From Blepharisma stoltei ATCC 30299 (taxonomy: Eukaryota > Protista > Ciliophora), in assembly GCA_965603825.1 (NCBI GenBank), contig CBFDEM010000013.1, positions 558,001-622,000 of the forward strand: a DNA stretch of 64,000 nucleotides, given 5' to 3'. Positions 25,715 through 37,935 of the stretch are shown here, piece by piece. The notes beneath the pieces were generated by a model. It saw only the letters and a list, made by a program, of their open reading frames with translations, had not been told where the DNA came from and searched no databases. The first letter of the stretch is position 1; each line of letters starts with the position of its first letter. The translations under genes were made by a program, and so were the position numbers.

Positions 25715-27430
25715 ATGTCTAAGGATGCCAATGGTCACCAATGAAATTTCAAGGCTGAAGAATTCACACCTTTCAGTTTTAAAGTCCCATCAAGCTACAG
25801 TTTAAACCCACAAGCAAGCGCTTTTGTTCCTGATGGATTTCAGATGGATTTACCAGCACAAGTAGAAACTCCAGCCCCACCAGCTATTGAAATTCCTAAA
25901 GAAGAACCAAAAATAACCATAGAACAGCCACAAGAAGAAACAAAAACAAAGCAAAAAGTTTACACTCTAAGTTTCCTTATGAGTCTGAGAGAAAATTGCA
26001 AAATCTTGTCCCCCAACATTAAAATACCAGATCCTTACAACCCATTTTCCAAAAACTCAAACAAGCGCGGATCAAGAAACAAAGGCAAAACGGCCAATTT
26101 CGGCCAAAGAGACACAGGTTTTCAACGAAATGAATCTGTTTTTACATCTTGCAGCATTTTAGTGAAAGCCGAAAACTCCTTCGTCGACAAGCTTAAAAAA
26201 GAAGTTGGGGATATAGAAAAAATGGCAAGAAAAATCAGAGGGATTCTAAATAAGCTTGCAAGAGATAACATGGAAAAGCTAGGATCTTCCCTTGCTGAAG
26301 AATTCGAATACAACTATGAGCTTTTACATGAATTGGTGAAGTTCATTTTTGAAAGAGCAACAGCATTGAGTTTTCCAGACCTTTATGCTGATCTTTGCGG
26401 ATTCTTGAGAAAAAAATTCAAAGAAAAAGACGCTGAACTCAGCAATGGATTCAGAATAAAACTCGTCGAAAAATGCAGAGAGTGCTTCTATAATGAAGAC
26501 AAACCTTTGGAAGCTGACGCACTGATGGACGCAGAGTACAAAAGGCGACGACGGCTTATTGGGAATATTAAATTTATCGGCTTATTATACAAACAAAGAA
26601 TGATAAAAGCTGATATCATGTTCGAGTGTTTCAATGTTTTATTGAAAGAAGACACAATTTGCGATGAAACAATTGAAACATCCTGCCACTTGTTCAGAGA
26701 ATGCGCTCCTCTGTTAGCGCTTCGAAAAGCTGAGCAGCTTCTTGAGTGCTATAACACTCTTTCTTCATTCAGAGCTGATATGCGATTTTCTAAAAGAATC
26801 CAATTCATGATACAAGATATCATTGACAAGCATGAGAAATTGATGACTCCGGAAAAACAAGCGAAAAGTTTAAACTCTTCGCCTGTTAAAGAAGTCAAAA
26901 GCCCAGTTAAAGGAAAAGGTGTAAAATTCGCCTTTGAAGAAGAAGACAAAGAGACTAGCAAAGAAACAGCAGGGCCAGCACCCACAATTTTGAAGAAAAG
27001 TATTTCTCAGGACTTTAAAGATACGCTAAGAGGGACTACTAAAGCGTTTTTACTAGATAGAGATATTGCAGCTGCTTTAGAGAAATTTGAGATGATTTTA
27101 CAACAAAACGCGGACAGTCAGAGACAAATGCTGCACATTATTCTGAAATATGTTCTCAGTGAATATGGAAAAGATGGGGAGTTTGAAGCGATTTGTGATG
27201 TAATTTTACGTCTAATCGAGCATTCAAATGGTAAAGTTGATGGCAGCATATTTGAGACAAGCATTTACATGACCATAGAAGTAATCAATGACATCAGGCT
27301 TGACTCTCCCAATGCTTCAAACTATTTGAGACACATTATCATCTATTCGAAGAAAATCGGAATAGAGTTGGATCAGGATGCTTTGATAAAGCATCTCGAC
27401 GAGTATTTATCTAGAAAATTAACCGATTAA
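25715..27430 (+). CDS. EIF4G: eIF4G-like translation initiation factor (PAM2 x2, 4E-binding motif, MIF4G, probable MA3)
   Basis: ATG 25715 through TGA 25742; YTLSFLM (YxxxxL-hydrophobic); RGILNKL, LYADLC, RRRLIGNIKFIGLLY, RIQFMIQD. Confidence 0.85.
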
Positions 27431-27459
27431 TAGTCCTAGCTAAATATAAAAATTTCTTT

Positions 27460-27464
27460 AAAAA
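27460..27464 (-). terminator. RNA polymerase III terminator (T5) of the tRNA gene
   Basis: TTTTT on the minus strand, 1 nt after the discriminator base. Confidence 0.75.
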
Positions 27465-27465
27465 C

Positions 27466-27537
27466 TAGCGAAGAGTGGTTTCGATCCACCGACCTCTGGG
27501 TTATGAGCCCAGCACGCTTCCACTGCGCCACTTCGCT
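27466..27537 (-). tRNA. initiator tRNA-Met (CAT)
   Basis: AGCGAAGTGGCGCAGTGGAAGCGTGCTGGGCTCATAACCCAGAGGTCGGTGGATCGAAACCACTCTTCGCTA: A1-U72, three G-C pairs in the anticodon stem, GATCGAAA T-loop typical of eukaryotic initiators. Confidence 0.97.
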
Positions 27538-27598
27538 TGATTTTTCCCGTCAAAACTTTCTCATATACATTACAAGAATTTTATAAGAAAATACTTAT

Positions 27599-28018
27599 TT
27601 AGCTATGTTGAGAGTGAATGTAGTTCGAAAGGACCTTCCAAGCTTGGGTTTCTTCATCAACATCAGTGACGACGACTGACGAGCATTTAACAATGTGTCT
27701 GGCTGTGCCTGTAGTATCGACTTTGCACATTCCAGCCCATTCTCCAAGAGTGTTTCTATCAGAAACCATGACAAGTGGGACGTCTTTTTCAGTGCAGAGA
27801 GCACGGATGAGTCCTTTGTACTCTTTGAGGTCGCAGTTCTCAGCTAAAAAGCAAACTTTTGCATCTCCTCTATCTATGGCTCTGGCAGCTTCGTTGATGC
27901 CTCTGAGAAGGCCATCACGATGTGAAGCTTTCTTAAGCACTTCTCTGATTGCGTCGTAGATGTTCATTTCTGCTGGCGCTTCAGTTTCTTCGACTTGCAC
28001 TTGAGGTTCTTCTGCCAT
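27599..28018 (-). CDS. RPS12: 40S ribosomal protein S12 (eS12)
   Basis: DGLLRG..E, LAENC, LGEWAGMCK.D..G.AR.IVKCSSVVV. Confidence 0.95.
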   Translation of the reverse strand: MAEEPQVQVEETEAPAEMNIYDAIREVLKKASHRDGLLRGINEAARAIDRGDAKVCFLAENCDLKEYKGLIRALCTEKDVPLVMVSDRNTLGEWAGMCKVDTTGTARHIVKCSSVVVTDVDEETQAWKVLSNYIHSQHS

Positions 28019-28093
28019 CCTAGCCACTATTATTTATCAAATCAATATGAAGGAATTTAGATACTTTAATTATTAGGCTTGTTATCACAAAAT

Positions 28094-29815
28094 TTAATCT
28101 TCTTGTGAAGATAAGTACTCTTCCTCTCTTTCAGTTAAGGAAGGGATGTTTATCATAATTCCGCCTACGAAATTTGCGCCTTCTTGAGCTGCTTCACTCG
28201 TTCTACGAATCTTTCTGGCTGGGGTTGCATTTATAGGGAAAGGGTTTGTATTTATAAGTCTTGGCTTTTTCGTTGCGATGTCCTTAAGAGAGAAAAGGCT
28301 GTTTTCAGTTAGAGAGAGGTTGGATAACATGCTAATTTCCTGGGTTGTAAGAGCTCTTGAGTTTTGCCGTTTATGATTATTTATATCACTTTGGCTCATG
28401 TTGCTGGTATTAATAACACCTGCAGACTTACTTGTTGCAGTTGATATCGACGAAATATCACAAAACGCATATTTTTCAGGTGTCTTTTCTTCATCTTCAT
28501 ATGGTGGGCGAGAATAGTCAAAACCATCAAAAATTTCATCAACGACATTAGGGTTTCCATCAAGAAAGTCTGAGTCAACAGAAAGGCATGTATACTCAGG
28601 GTCAAAGTTTGAAGCCCTCACTGCTGGACGAAATGGAGGCAGTTTTAGCTTATTGAAAAGCTTATCCCATTGAATATTGTGACACCATGGATGATCTTTT
28701 ATGTCTTTAAAGCCATTTTCATTACCCAGACGAAGGTCAGGATTTTTTTCCATCAAGCCTTGCAAGAGGGATTTGGCGTTTTTTGAAAGAAAATTAGGGA
28801 CTGGAAGGTCTTCGTTGAGGATTTTCCAGTACATACGAGAACGGTTGGAGTCGTAAAAAGCTGAGAGACCTGTGAGCATTTCGTAAAGCAAAGCGCCTAA
28901 GCTGTAGAAGTCAACTGAGCGGGTGTGGCCTTGGTTGTTAAGCATTTCTGGGCTCATGTACTCAGGAGATCCACAAAAACTATAAGTTTTTTGGTGGTGG
29001 CTAAGATTTTGCTTTGAAAGACCAAAGTCAGTTAGCCTTATGTGTCCATCAATATCTAATAAAATATTTTCAGGCTTTAAGTCTCTATATATAACCCCAT
29101 TATCATGCAAATGCTCCAACCCCAGCAAAATTTCCCCAAAGTAAAACTTGGCTTGTTCTTCCGTAAACCTCCCTAAGTTATGCAAATGAAAGAACAGTTC
29201 ACCTCCTGGGCAAAAGTCCAATACTAAATGCAACTTTTTTTGTGTCTGAAAGGCCCAATGCATTTTTACAATAAAGGGATGATTGACTTTAGTCATGATA
29301 TCTTTTTCTGTCAATATTTGATTTACCTTGTCTTCGCCTTTCACGAATTCTTTGTCCATTGTTTTTACCGCATAAAGTTGCCCGGTATCTTTTTTCCTGA
29401 CTTGGCTGACTGTAGAAAACCCTCCTTTTCCTATAACTTTTATAGGGGTAAAATGACTGCAACAAACTTCGTCAGTAACTTGTTGAGAAAAAATTGCAAT
29501 CAGGTCTTCATTGTCTTTAAATCGTGATAATGAGCGATCATAAAGCGTTAAAGAATAATCCAAAATATCTGAACAAATTTGAGTGCGGAAACTTACAATA
29601 TCAGGTCGATCAGAAAGTCTAATAACTTCTGAGAGCAATCAACCGCTTGTAAGTGACTCGTCAGGTACAAAAATTGAAAATGATTCAGAGTCAACTTGTA
29701 TGCGAAGCGTCTTAGATTTGTCGATTAAGGCGGAGGATCGACGGGTTTTTGTTTTCTGGCTTGTGGAGACTAATCCATGATGAGTGTGCATTTGAGTGGC
29801 TTCTTTTGGCCCCAT
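28094..29815 (-). CDS. AGC-family Ser/Thr kinase (Akt/S6K-like), 573 aa
   Basis: GKGGFS, YRDLKPEN, SFCGSPEY, NFD and FDGFDY hydrophobic motif; N-terminus joined through TGA 29639. Confidence 0.9.
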
Positions 29816-30301
29816 AATTAGCTTAATGTTTATATTTAGAAATGAAAGTGATGCGATAAATTGAATAAAGAAATTCAATTTTATGTATCAATATTTTTAA
29901 CGCAAAGAGCAAAAGAAAGCTATTTTTATTAATAAAATCGAGATATAAATATCTCTCTCCACCCATTTATTTATTATAAAAAGGAAAAAGGAGATCCTTA
30001 AGTGAAACTTGATGATTATAAATAAATTAAGACTGTTTCGGCGTCTGAGTGTTTTTTGATATGTTGGATTTAAGCAAAGAGTAATGTTTGAATATATAAA
30101 TGATATAATTCCCAAAATCTCATATGAAATATAAATACCAAATTATAATATCATTTTCTTTAATTTTATTAATTTAGTAAACAATAAAATGCTTCACTCT
30201 ATATCAAATGAATTAATATGGCGAAAAAGAAAAGAATTATTTGATTATTCTAACCAATTTATGAAAATTTGCACAGTTCTTTTAATTATAAATTGCAGAA
30301 T

Positions 30302-31405
30302 TTATTGTTTTTTAGCCAGCTCTGAAATTTTTATTTTCGGGATATCTTTAATGCTCTTGCTCGGAGTTTTATTTTTCCTTAAATCAACTTCGATTTTATT
30401 TTTAATGCTAACTGCGGGTGAAAATTGATTTTTTATTTTTTCGTAGTATTCTTTCATTTTATTTCATTTTTCGCTTTCTCGTTTTTTGGATCTAAATATT
30501 TCTTACTTATCAAAGGGAAATTCTCTGAACATGTGGTAATATTGGTTGAATTTTCCTTTATAATCTTTTGATGTAGAATGGGATCTTGCCGTTATCATGC
30601 ATTCAGAGCCTGAAGAAGATTTATTTAAACTTTTTTGGTAGCTTAGTTCGTTTGTGTCTAATCCGGAGTCAAAATTGCCAGCTGTGTTTTGCTTTTTGTG
30701 AGTTCTTATGCCTTTAGGTTTTTCAATTATATGTATAAACATAACATCATTTGAAACCTGCTTCAGAATCATAGGAGGTGGGAGATTTCTTTCTCTTATA
30801 GTAATAATTTCTTTTCTTGGAGACTCAAAAGATGAAAGTTCGCTTTCATTTGCTGTCGACGTGTCTTCGTTATTATTTATTTTCGCTTTCTTATATTTTA
30901 TTTCTTTTTGTTCAGAAAATTCTTTTTCTTCAGAAAATTCTGTTTCTGTAGCTTTGTGTTTTAGAAAATTTTGAAAAATTTCGTATTGGCTTGATGAGTC
31001 AGCCGTTTTTATAATCGGAGTTTTGGTGACTGGTAAGGGGTGAATATTTATTGAAGTAGATTTTTGGAAGGAAAGGTTATGAATTGAATGTTTTGGGAGT
31101 ACATTTTTTGGTGGAGAAGATGCAAGAGGCTCTTCTGGAATTGATGATAACTCGGAAGATCTAGATTTCAATAGCGAAGAAGACCTTAAAGATTCCAATT
31201 TCGCTCGTTTCCGCCTAGCAAGCTCATCAAGATACTCTTGCTCTACTTTGTAATATTTAGCTAATGCATCTTCAGTTTCTTTTTTCTCAGCCTCTTCTCA
31301 GTATTTTTTGTATTGCTTTAATTGGGCTCTTGCTTTCCGGATTTCCTCACCTTTTTTGAGGTTCATCACTTTAAATTCAGCAATTTTTGATGGGTTAGGC
31401 CACAT
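30302..31405 (-). CDS. hypothetical protein, two exons
   Basis: ATG 31405; two TGA(Trp); removal of the 15-nt intron 30492-30506 deletes the TAA and extends the frame to TAA 30302. Confidence 0.7.
30492..30506 (-). other. 15-nt spliceosomal intron
   Basis: GTAAGAAATATTTAG, contains an in-frame TAA; downstream frame stays open for 63 codons. Confidence 0.75.
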
Positions 31406-31576
31406 TTGCAAACTATTAAGTTTGATTATTTATTTATATTTAAGTAAATAATGGATTTCAATTAACGCTAAATTAATTTTTCCATCTCTGAAGATACTAG
31501 TTTATAATTTTTATAATTGAAATTTAAGGAAGTCAGTGATAGTAATAATTTTGTGTATAGAATTTAATTATTACAT

Positions 31577-33199
31577 TTAACTGAATACAAAGTTTGGAAT
31601 TTCTTCTGTTTGCAGCTCCACATCAGGGACTTCTTCAACCCCATAGAATTCCGCCATTATTTTGACTACCATCTCATAAATTCTTGAATTTTTATGAAAC
31701 TGCAAATCTTCCAGTACATCTAAACCTCCTAACTCAAAAAACTTTATCCCAATTTCATTTACCCCAAAGTATTTCATTGATGAAAAGCAGTCTTTTCCAG
31801 CTGTAAGCATTTTTTCTAAAATTTTTAAAGCCAGTTTCAAAACTCCTGCTTCCTTATTTTGTAAAACTCTTATTAATTGCGGCAAAATCCCTGACAGTCT
31901 AAGCACAGTTTTTTTATTTTTGCTTTCTGAAGCATTTCCAATAACCCAGAGTGCTTCTTTCTGTATTTCCATATCGGTATCAACGAGCGCATTAGAGATT
32001 TTCCACACTTCTTGATGGTCTAAAACACAATTTATTTGGTCATCAGTTCCTCCCATAATATTACTAAAACATCAAAGTGACTCTTTTCTAATTCCTCTTT
32101 TAGAGCTATCTAATAGTTTAAACAGACTATCTAACACTCCTAAATTCAGTAAGGTTTGGGTATGAAGATTTATTTCTGATGAAAAAATATTCCCAAGGAC
32201 TCGCAAGGCAGGAATTTGAATTTTATAATTTTCTCGGTTCACAAGCAAAATTATAATCGGGAGAATTCCTGAATTGAAAATCATATCAACGTATTCTACC
32301 CCAGCTGAAGAAATATAGGAAAGAATATAGCAGCAATTTGAGAGAATATCATCTATATTATGCTTCAGAGCAATTGGGATGATTCTAAAGCTTTCTTTGA
32401 AAACATGATCAGGAGGATATGGAACTCCTTTGCATAGATTTGTGATAGTCCAAATTATTGTTGATAAATGCTTTTCGTTGATTTCACTGTTTTGTAAAAT
32501 AAAATTTGCTAAATATCCTAAAACTCCTGCTTTAATTGCCTCATCTCTGACTTTAAGAGATTCGCCAGCTAAGTTTCCAACGATTCATATACAATAATGT
32601 AAAAATTCATTTAATTCATTGTCCCTCAAAGCTCGTGTTAAAGCATGCAATAAATTCCCATCCAAAAGTGACTTCACTATAAAATTTGGCCCTGATGATA
32701 GATTAATCATACACCATGCCGCAGCAGACCGAATTTCTTTTTCTCTTTCAGATAAAAATTTTATAAGTTTAGAACAGATTTCTTGCTGAAAAATCATATT
32801 GAAGACAGCTAAATCAGCAAAGGGCAATAACTTCCCTAGCAAAACCAAAGCCTCTTGCAAATTTTCACGATTTTGTGAGTTAATAATTGCTAGTAGTATT
32901 GAAAAACGATCCATAGGGGCTATTTCGGCTGAAATTAGCCGATTTTCATGCATAGCAAGCTCAGTAGGGACAAAATTTGTAGGAAACTCGAATTCCTTCA
33001 GGTTTTCTTTATTATAGTCTGAAACTATCTGATTGCCATCTACACAAACAGCTCGTTTCTTATGGATGTTGGCTAGTCTATGTTTTCTTCTCAGCTCAAC
33101 AGCATCATCATCTCTTTTTCTTTTCAGTTCGCTTAAATCAATTCCTTTTTGATAATTGCGTTTGCGTTCTTCAATCCTTTCGCTTATTGAAATTTCCAT
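31577..33199 (-). CDS. importin alpha (karyopherin alpha), 540 aa
   Basis: IBB domain (RKR....VELRR..R...KKR); ARM repeats AAWCMIN, IWIVGNLAG, SLWCFSN, EALWVIGN; TGA at conserved ARM Trp 32585 and 32072. Confidence 0.92.
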
Positions 33200-33321
33200 T
33201 ATTCCGCCAAGCTTTGAACTTTAATTATTTAAATTTTTTAAAGAAATAGGAAACTTTTTATAAGGTAATATTAACTGAACTGTAAATTTATAATTGATTC
33301 ATAATAATTTTTTATTCAGAA

Positions 33322-34249
33322 ATGGTCACTCGCAATCGAATGGATAAATACCAAAAACTTGAAAAAATAGGCGAAGGCACCTATGGAGTTGTGTATAAAG
33401 CCCGAGAAACAGCAACTGGGGATTTGGTTGCATTGAAAAAAATCCGATTGGAAACAGAAGACGAAGGAATCCCTAGCACAGCAATACGAGAAATTTCGCT
33501 TCTTAAAGAGTTAAAGCATCCCAATATTGTACAGTAAAGCTCTATTTAGACTATATGATGTGATTCATACTGAGCGTAAATTAACATTGGTTTTTGAATT
33601 TCTAGACCAAGATCTAAAAAAACTTATTGACGCGTACTCAGGACAAGGCCTTGATATTGCCACAACTAAATCTTATTTATATCAGCTCCTTCGTGGAGTT
33701 GCGCATTGCCATGCCCATCGTGTACTTCATAGAGATTTAAAGCCTCAAAATTTACTGATTAATAGAGAAGGAGCGTTAAAACTAGCTGATTTTGGCCTTG
33801 CCAGAGCATTTGGGATTCCTGTCAGAAGCTATACTCATGAGGTTGTTACTCTTTGGTATAGGCCACCAGATGTCTTGATGGGGAGTCGAAATTATAATAC
33901 ATCAGTCGATATTTGGTCTGTGGGGTGTATTTTTGCAGAATTACTGAATGGGAAACCTCTTTTCCCTGGAACTTCTAATAACGATCAGATTAGGAAAATT
34001 TTCAAAGTCATGGGGACGCCGACAGAAGAGAGTTGGCCAGGTATCAGTCAGCTTTCAGAATATAATAGGAATTTTGAAAGATTCCTAGGAGAAGATCTTA
34101 GAGTCATTGTTCCCAGACTAGATGATGACGGCTATGATCTATTAAGTAGGATGCTGCAAGTTAACCCCATCAATAGAATTAGTGCTGCAGAAGCTTTAAA
34201 CCACCCTTATTTAAGGGATGTTCCTGACTCAATCAGAGATATGAGGTAA
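33322..34249 (+). CDS. PSTAIRE cyclin-dependent kinase (cdc2/CDK-like), 303 aa, two exons
   Basis: [32 protein letters not shown]; 16-nt intron restores HPNIVQLYDV. Confidence 0.95.
33534..33549 (+). other. 16-nt spliceosomal intron
   Basis: GTAAAGCTCTATTTAG; removal joins two frames into the conserved CDK sequence with no indel. Confidence 0.93.
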
Positions 34250-34272
34250 ATAATAATTCTCTTAACGTAAAA

Positions 34273-34818
34273 ATGCAAAACCAGGCCACGATTGAAACAG
34301 ATTTTTTATTTTTAAAAGAAAGAGTGAAGGGCTTTAACAAGTATTTAAATCGGCTGAAGAATGCTAAAAAAACAATAGATAATGAACTGCCTTATAGTTA
34401 TAGACAGAGCGTGCCAAAATTTAAATCGCCTTTGAAGGTTATTCACACAGACTACTCATATAAGAATGTAATATTATATGGAAGACTCTGTGATATTGCA
34501 CAAACTAAAAGCCCTTATCGGCATGAAAATCTGACGCCTGGACCTCGATCTTTAAATCTTTCAACTAGGAAAAATGAAGCTAAAAGGGTTTATACACAGA
34601 ATAATCTCCTCGCTAAAAGATTGGTGGGCACAGAAGCATCACTATCAATAAAGCAGTTAGAAAAAGATTACAAAACTTCTCAAAGGTACCGTTCGCAAAT
34701 ATCAAAAAGCAAAAAATTGGGCCAAATAAAAAAGCTGCTTTTCCAGTCTCCAAGCCTATCTGACAGATCTCATCACCTATCTACATCTCTGCAAGATATT
34801 AGGAAAAAATTTTCATAA
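34273..34818 (+). CDS. CFAP97/Hemingway-like ciliary protein
   Basis: SLNLSTRKNEAKRVYTQNNLLAKRL resembles the SLN..R..E..RI..EN..L..RL motif. Confidence 0.6.
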   Translation: MQNQATIETDFLFLKERVKGFNKYLNRLKNAKKTIDNELPYSYRQSVPKFKSPLKVIHTDYSYKNVILYGRLCDIAQTKSPYRHENLTPGPRSLNLSTRKNEAKRVYTQNNLLAKRLVGTEASLSIKQLEKDYKTSQRYRSQISKSKKLGQIKKLLFQSPSLSDRSHHLSTSLQDIRKKFS

Positions 34819-34941
34819 TACCTCTGCCTAATTATAAAATAAATGAAATAATTTTCCTTATTTTTCAAAAAGTATTTATTATAAGGTTCAATTATAACTA
34901 AATTTTTATTTAAGAATTACTTGTGTTCTCGATAAGTTTAC

Positions 34942-36207
34942 TTAATAACTCGGTGTTCTTTCTAACTTGAAAACCTTATTGGTTGAAAAGTATTTGAACG
35001 TTCGGTCTTCATAATTGACGATGGCGAAGTATTCTCCGTGATCCTTGTGATGGATTCTCCATGTTTTGGCTCCTTTCTTGTACCCTTTCTCTATTTGCTT
35101 CTCGATGACAGGGCCAGCCCTTCTTGATCCTTTATCGTTGTCTACTGTGTACCATTCGTAGTTGGATCCTTTCTTGCTGTGTTTAGGGGTGTATTTACTG
35201 ATAGGGCTGACACTTCCAGAAGGCTGAGAATTCGGGTTTGAAATGTGTGATGAAGGCATTTGTTGACTGTCTAATCTTCCTATTTTGAAGCTTGGTTCGT
35301 TGTCTAAAGTCCATTCTGGGTCATAATTATAAGAGTAAAACTCTACATTAGCCCCAGGAATGACTTTACTTGCCAGCTGGTTCAGCTCTGCTTGCAGAGA
35401 TGCATTGATTCCGCTCGAGCTAGAGATGACCTTTTCTAGGCTTGCTAAGCATCGATGAATAAGCTTCATCTTGTCATCGATTTCAGCGATGCATTTTTTT
35501 TCTGCACTTTTGTTTATCATGATGTAGTTTTCGGTGTTTTTGACGCATTTTTCTTCCATTTCTTGGAGAAATCTTTTAGCCGCTTGTATCTTAAGGCAAA
35601 TTTGGGCTTTGGATTCAGTGGTGATCTCATTTGCATATGCGCAGCATTTCTTTATGTTTTTCTTGGATGCTTCGAGCTCTACCATATATTCTGATAGCTC
35701 TTTCATTTTTGTGTTCGCGGTAAATGGTGTGTTTTTACGGTCTTGGGTATAGAGATTGCTGGTAAAAGGGTCCGTGTTGAGAAAATGCGAAGGAGGTTCA
35801 GAAGTGATCCCCAAACCCCAAGGTGAAGTGGGGTCACTGGGGTAGCTTTCCCATTGCGACATAAAATCATCCTCGAGTGATTTCATTGTTGGCTGGGAGA
35901 TGTACGAAAAATTACTTCTGAAATTCGGAGCTCCATTTGAGTTTGTGTAATACAGATCATAACCTAGCTGTGGATAGGTTCCGTTAAGCTCACTTTTATG
36001 TGTGAGCTTAATCGGGGACTGTGCTGAATGATCTGGAATAGTTTCAAGTGTGAAGTCAACTTCACATAAAGGGCATTTTCGAGAAGTCTTATAGACCATC
36101 TCTAAACACTCTTCATGAAATGAATGGCCGCACTGAAGAATTTTGGGCTTTATAGCAATTGTGTATTCTTCACGACAGATTGGGCATTCATAGCTATAAT
36201 CCTCCAT
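34942..36207 (-). CDS. RING finger / coiled-coil / WWE-like domain protein, putative E3 ligase
   Basis: N-terminal CPIC..CGHSFHEEC..CPLC (RING-H2); central coiled coil; C-terminal YEWY..IEKQIEKGY..Y..VNY..LER. Confidence 0.75.
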   Translation of the reverse strand: MEDYSYECPICREEYTIAIKPKILQCGHSFHEECLEMVYKTSRKCPLCEVDFTLETIPDHSAQSPIKLTHKSELNGTYPQLGYDLYYTNSNGAPNFRSNFSYISQPTMKSLEDDFMSQWESYPSDPTSPWGLGITSEPPSHFLNTDPFTSNLYTQDRKNTPFTANTKMKELSEYMVELEASKKNIKKCCAYANEITTESKAQICLKIQAAKRFLQEMEEKCVKNTENYIMINKSAEKKCIAEIDDKMKLIHRCLASLEKVISSSSGINASLQAELNQLASKVIPGANVEFYSYNYDPEWTLDNEPSFKIGRLDSQQMPSSHISNPNSQPSGSVSPISKYTPKHSKKGSNYEWYTVDNDKGSRRAGPVIEKQIEKGYKKGAKTWRIHHKDHGEYFAIVNYEDRTFKYFSTNKVFKLERTPSY

Positions 36208-37141
36208 TTTATTAACAAAATCGACATCAAGGGTTGGTTATCTAATGGAGGACTTTTGATTATTATAAGAAGACTATAAAAATTTTTAGTGAATTGAGAG
36301 GATTAAGAGATTGGTGATAATTAAGATATATTAATTTTGATAGGGAATAAGAAGATTGTGTGCTTGATAAAGGGAGAAGGAATAAGAAAAAGGGACTTAC
36401 GTGATGTCATAAGATAACATATGATTATATTATATGTAAATAAGCTTTAAAGAAGCATCGTTTGGGAATAATGAGATCAAGGAGATGTGGATCCCAAAAA
36501 AATAAATTAAGGCAATTAAACATTATGAAAAATCCCCTCTTGTTTTAAAATTGTTTAAAATGGCTCAGTCAGTCTAATGAATATTATTTATGATATAAAT
36601 ATGCTAAGAATTAAATTTTTTAAGGTTTATTCATCAGCACATAAAAATAAATAAAAAATAAATCTAAAATTAATCATTTTGATGATTCTTACTATTCAAA
36701 GTTAAAGAATAGCTAAAATTAATTTTTCCTTTTTCATAGAATATATCTACTCAATTTTCATTAAAATTTAGATCCTTCTTAAGAAAAATGCTAAAATTTT
36801 TTGGTAATAAAATGTATTTAGCAAATTTAAAAATTTGATCACCATGATATTTGACTTTATGAAATTAGCCAAATATTAAATTCATAGAATATCTCATTTA
36901 ATTAAATATTCCTTAAAAAAATCATAAATCATCAATAATTTTTGTAACATTTTTTTGAAAGCCAACCCTTTTTTTCTATAACCAATTGACTAGATGTCAA
37001 TATTTTTATAATTTAAGGCTATTATATCGTACCTATCCTATCTCGTCTAGATTTTTATAATAGATTCTGCTTTATATCTTTTCCTATAGCTCTTTATGAG
37101 TCATTATTTCAAAATCTAATGCATTATCCATTCATTAATAA

Positions 37142-37612
37142 ATGACTGATTCCAGGCAAGAGAAAATTAAATCCTATACACTTTCTATGCCTTCATTTTT
37201 AGCTAGTAAAAGAAAATTGGTCTTGAACCCTTTAGCTACGAAGAAATCACCACAGAGTTTTTCGAGAAGAAATTCAGAAGTGGGAAAGCTTCCCCCGATT
37301 GTTTCTCCAAGACCACGCATAGAAAGTTGAGATTGCCAAATAAATTCGGCACTAGACCTATTAAACTCACCAAAAACCGTCAGAAACTCACCCTCATCGT
37401 CGAAGTATCTCCCTTTTATATATGCCCAAAATGGGCTTGAAAAAGCCAACGAAATAATGCCAGATCTTAAATTGAGAAGGGATTTCGTCCTTCCAATTAC
37501 AAGAAAAGATTGTTGTGTAAATTTATTAGAAGATTGTAATGTACAAGCGAAAAATCCAGAAATTCATAAACGGCATAGGACGCTCCTTATGCAAAGTGTA
37601 CAGGAAGGGTAA
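37142..37612 (+). CDS. hypothetical protein
   Basis: Reads through TGA 37328-37330 to TAA 37610-37612. Confidence 0.65.
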
Positions 37613-37935
37613 CCTGATTTGTGCATAGGCTTATTATATAATTAAGTCGTATAATTAATCCTGCGATTTTAAGAGAATCTTCTAATAGTTATACAGCCTT
37701 AGGCTAATAAATGGATTTTTCATTAAGATTTATAGACTAAACAGATTCTCATTGGTGTTTTTGATAATCATTATTTATGCACTTTTAATAATTTTTTATA
37801 AATTTAATATTTGGATGAGTAGCTCAGCGCAGTCACCAAAAAATATTTTATCCACTTTTTAAGAGATATTAAATACACCTTTAAATCAAACAATATGCTG
37901 ACCATTACTTAAGAATATGGCAGAATGGCGCGAAG

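Noticed and set aside
29897-30428. Short hydrophobic ORFs 29897..30115 and 30189..30428, and likewise 1382..1612
   Set aside because: AT-rich spacer composition or antisense to a reconstructed exon; no coding signal
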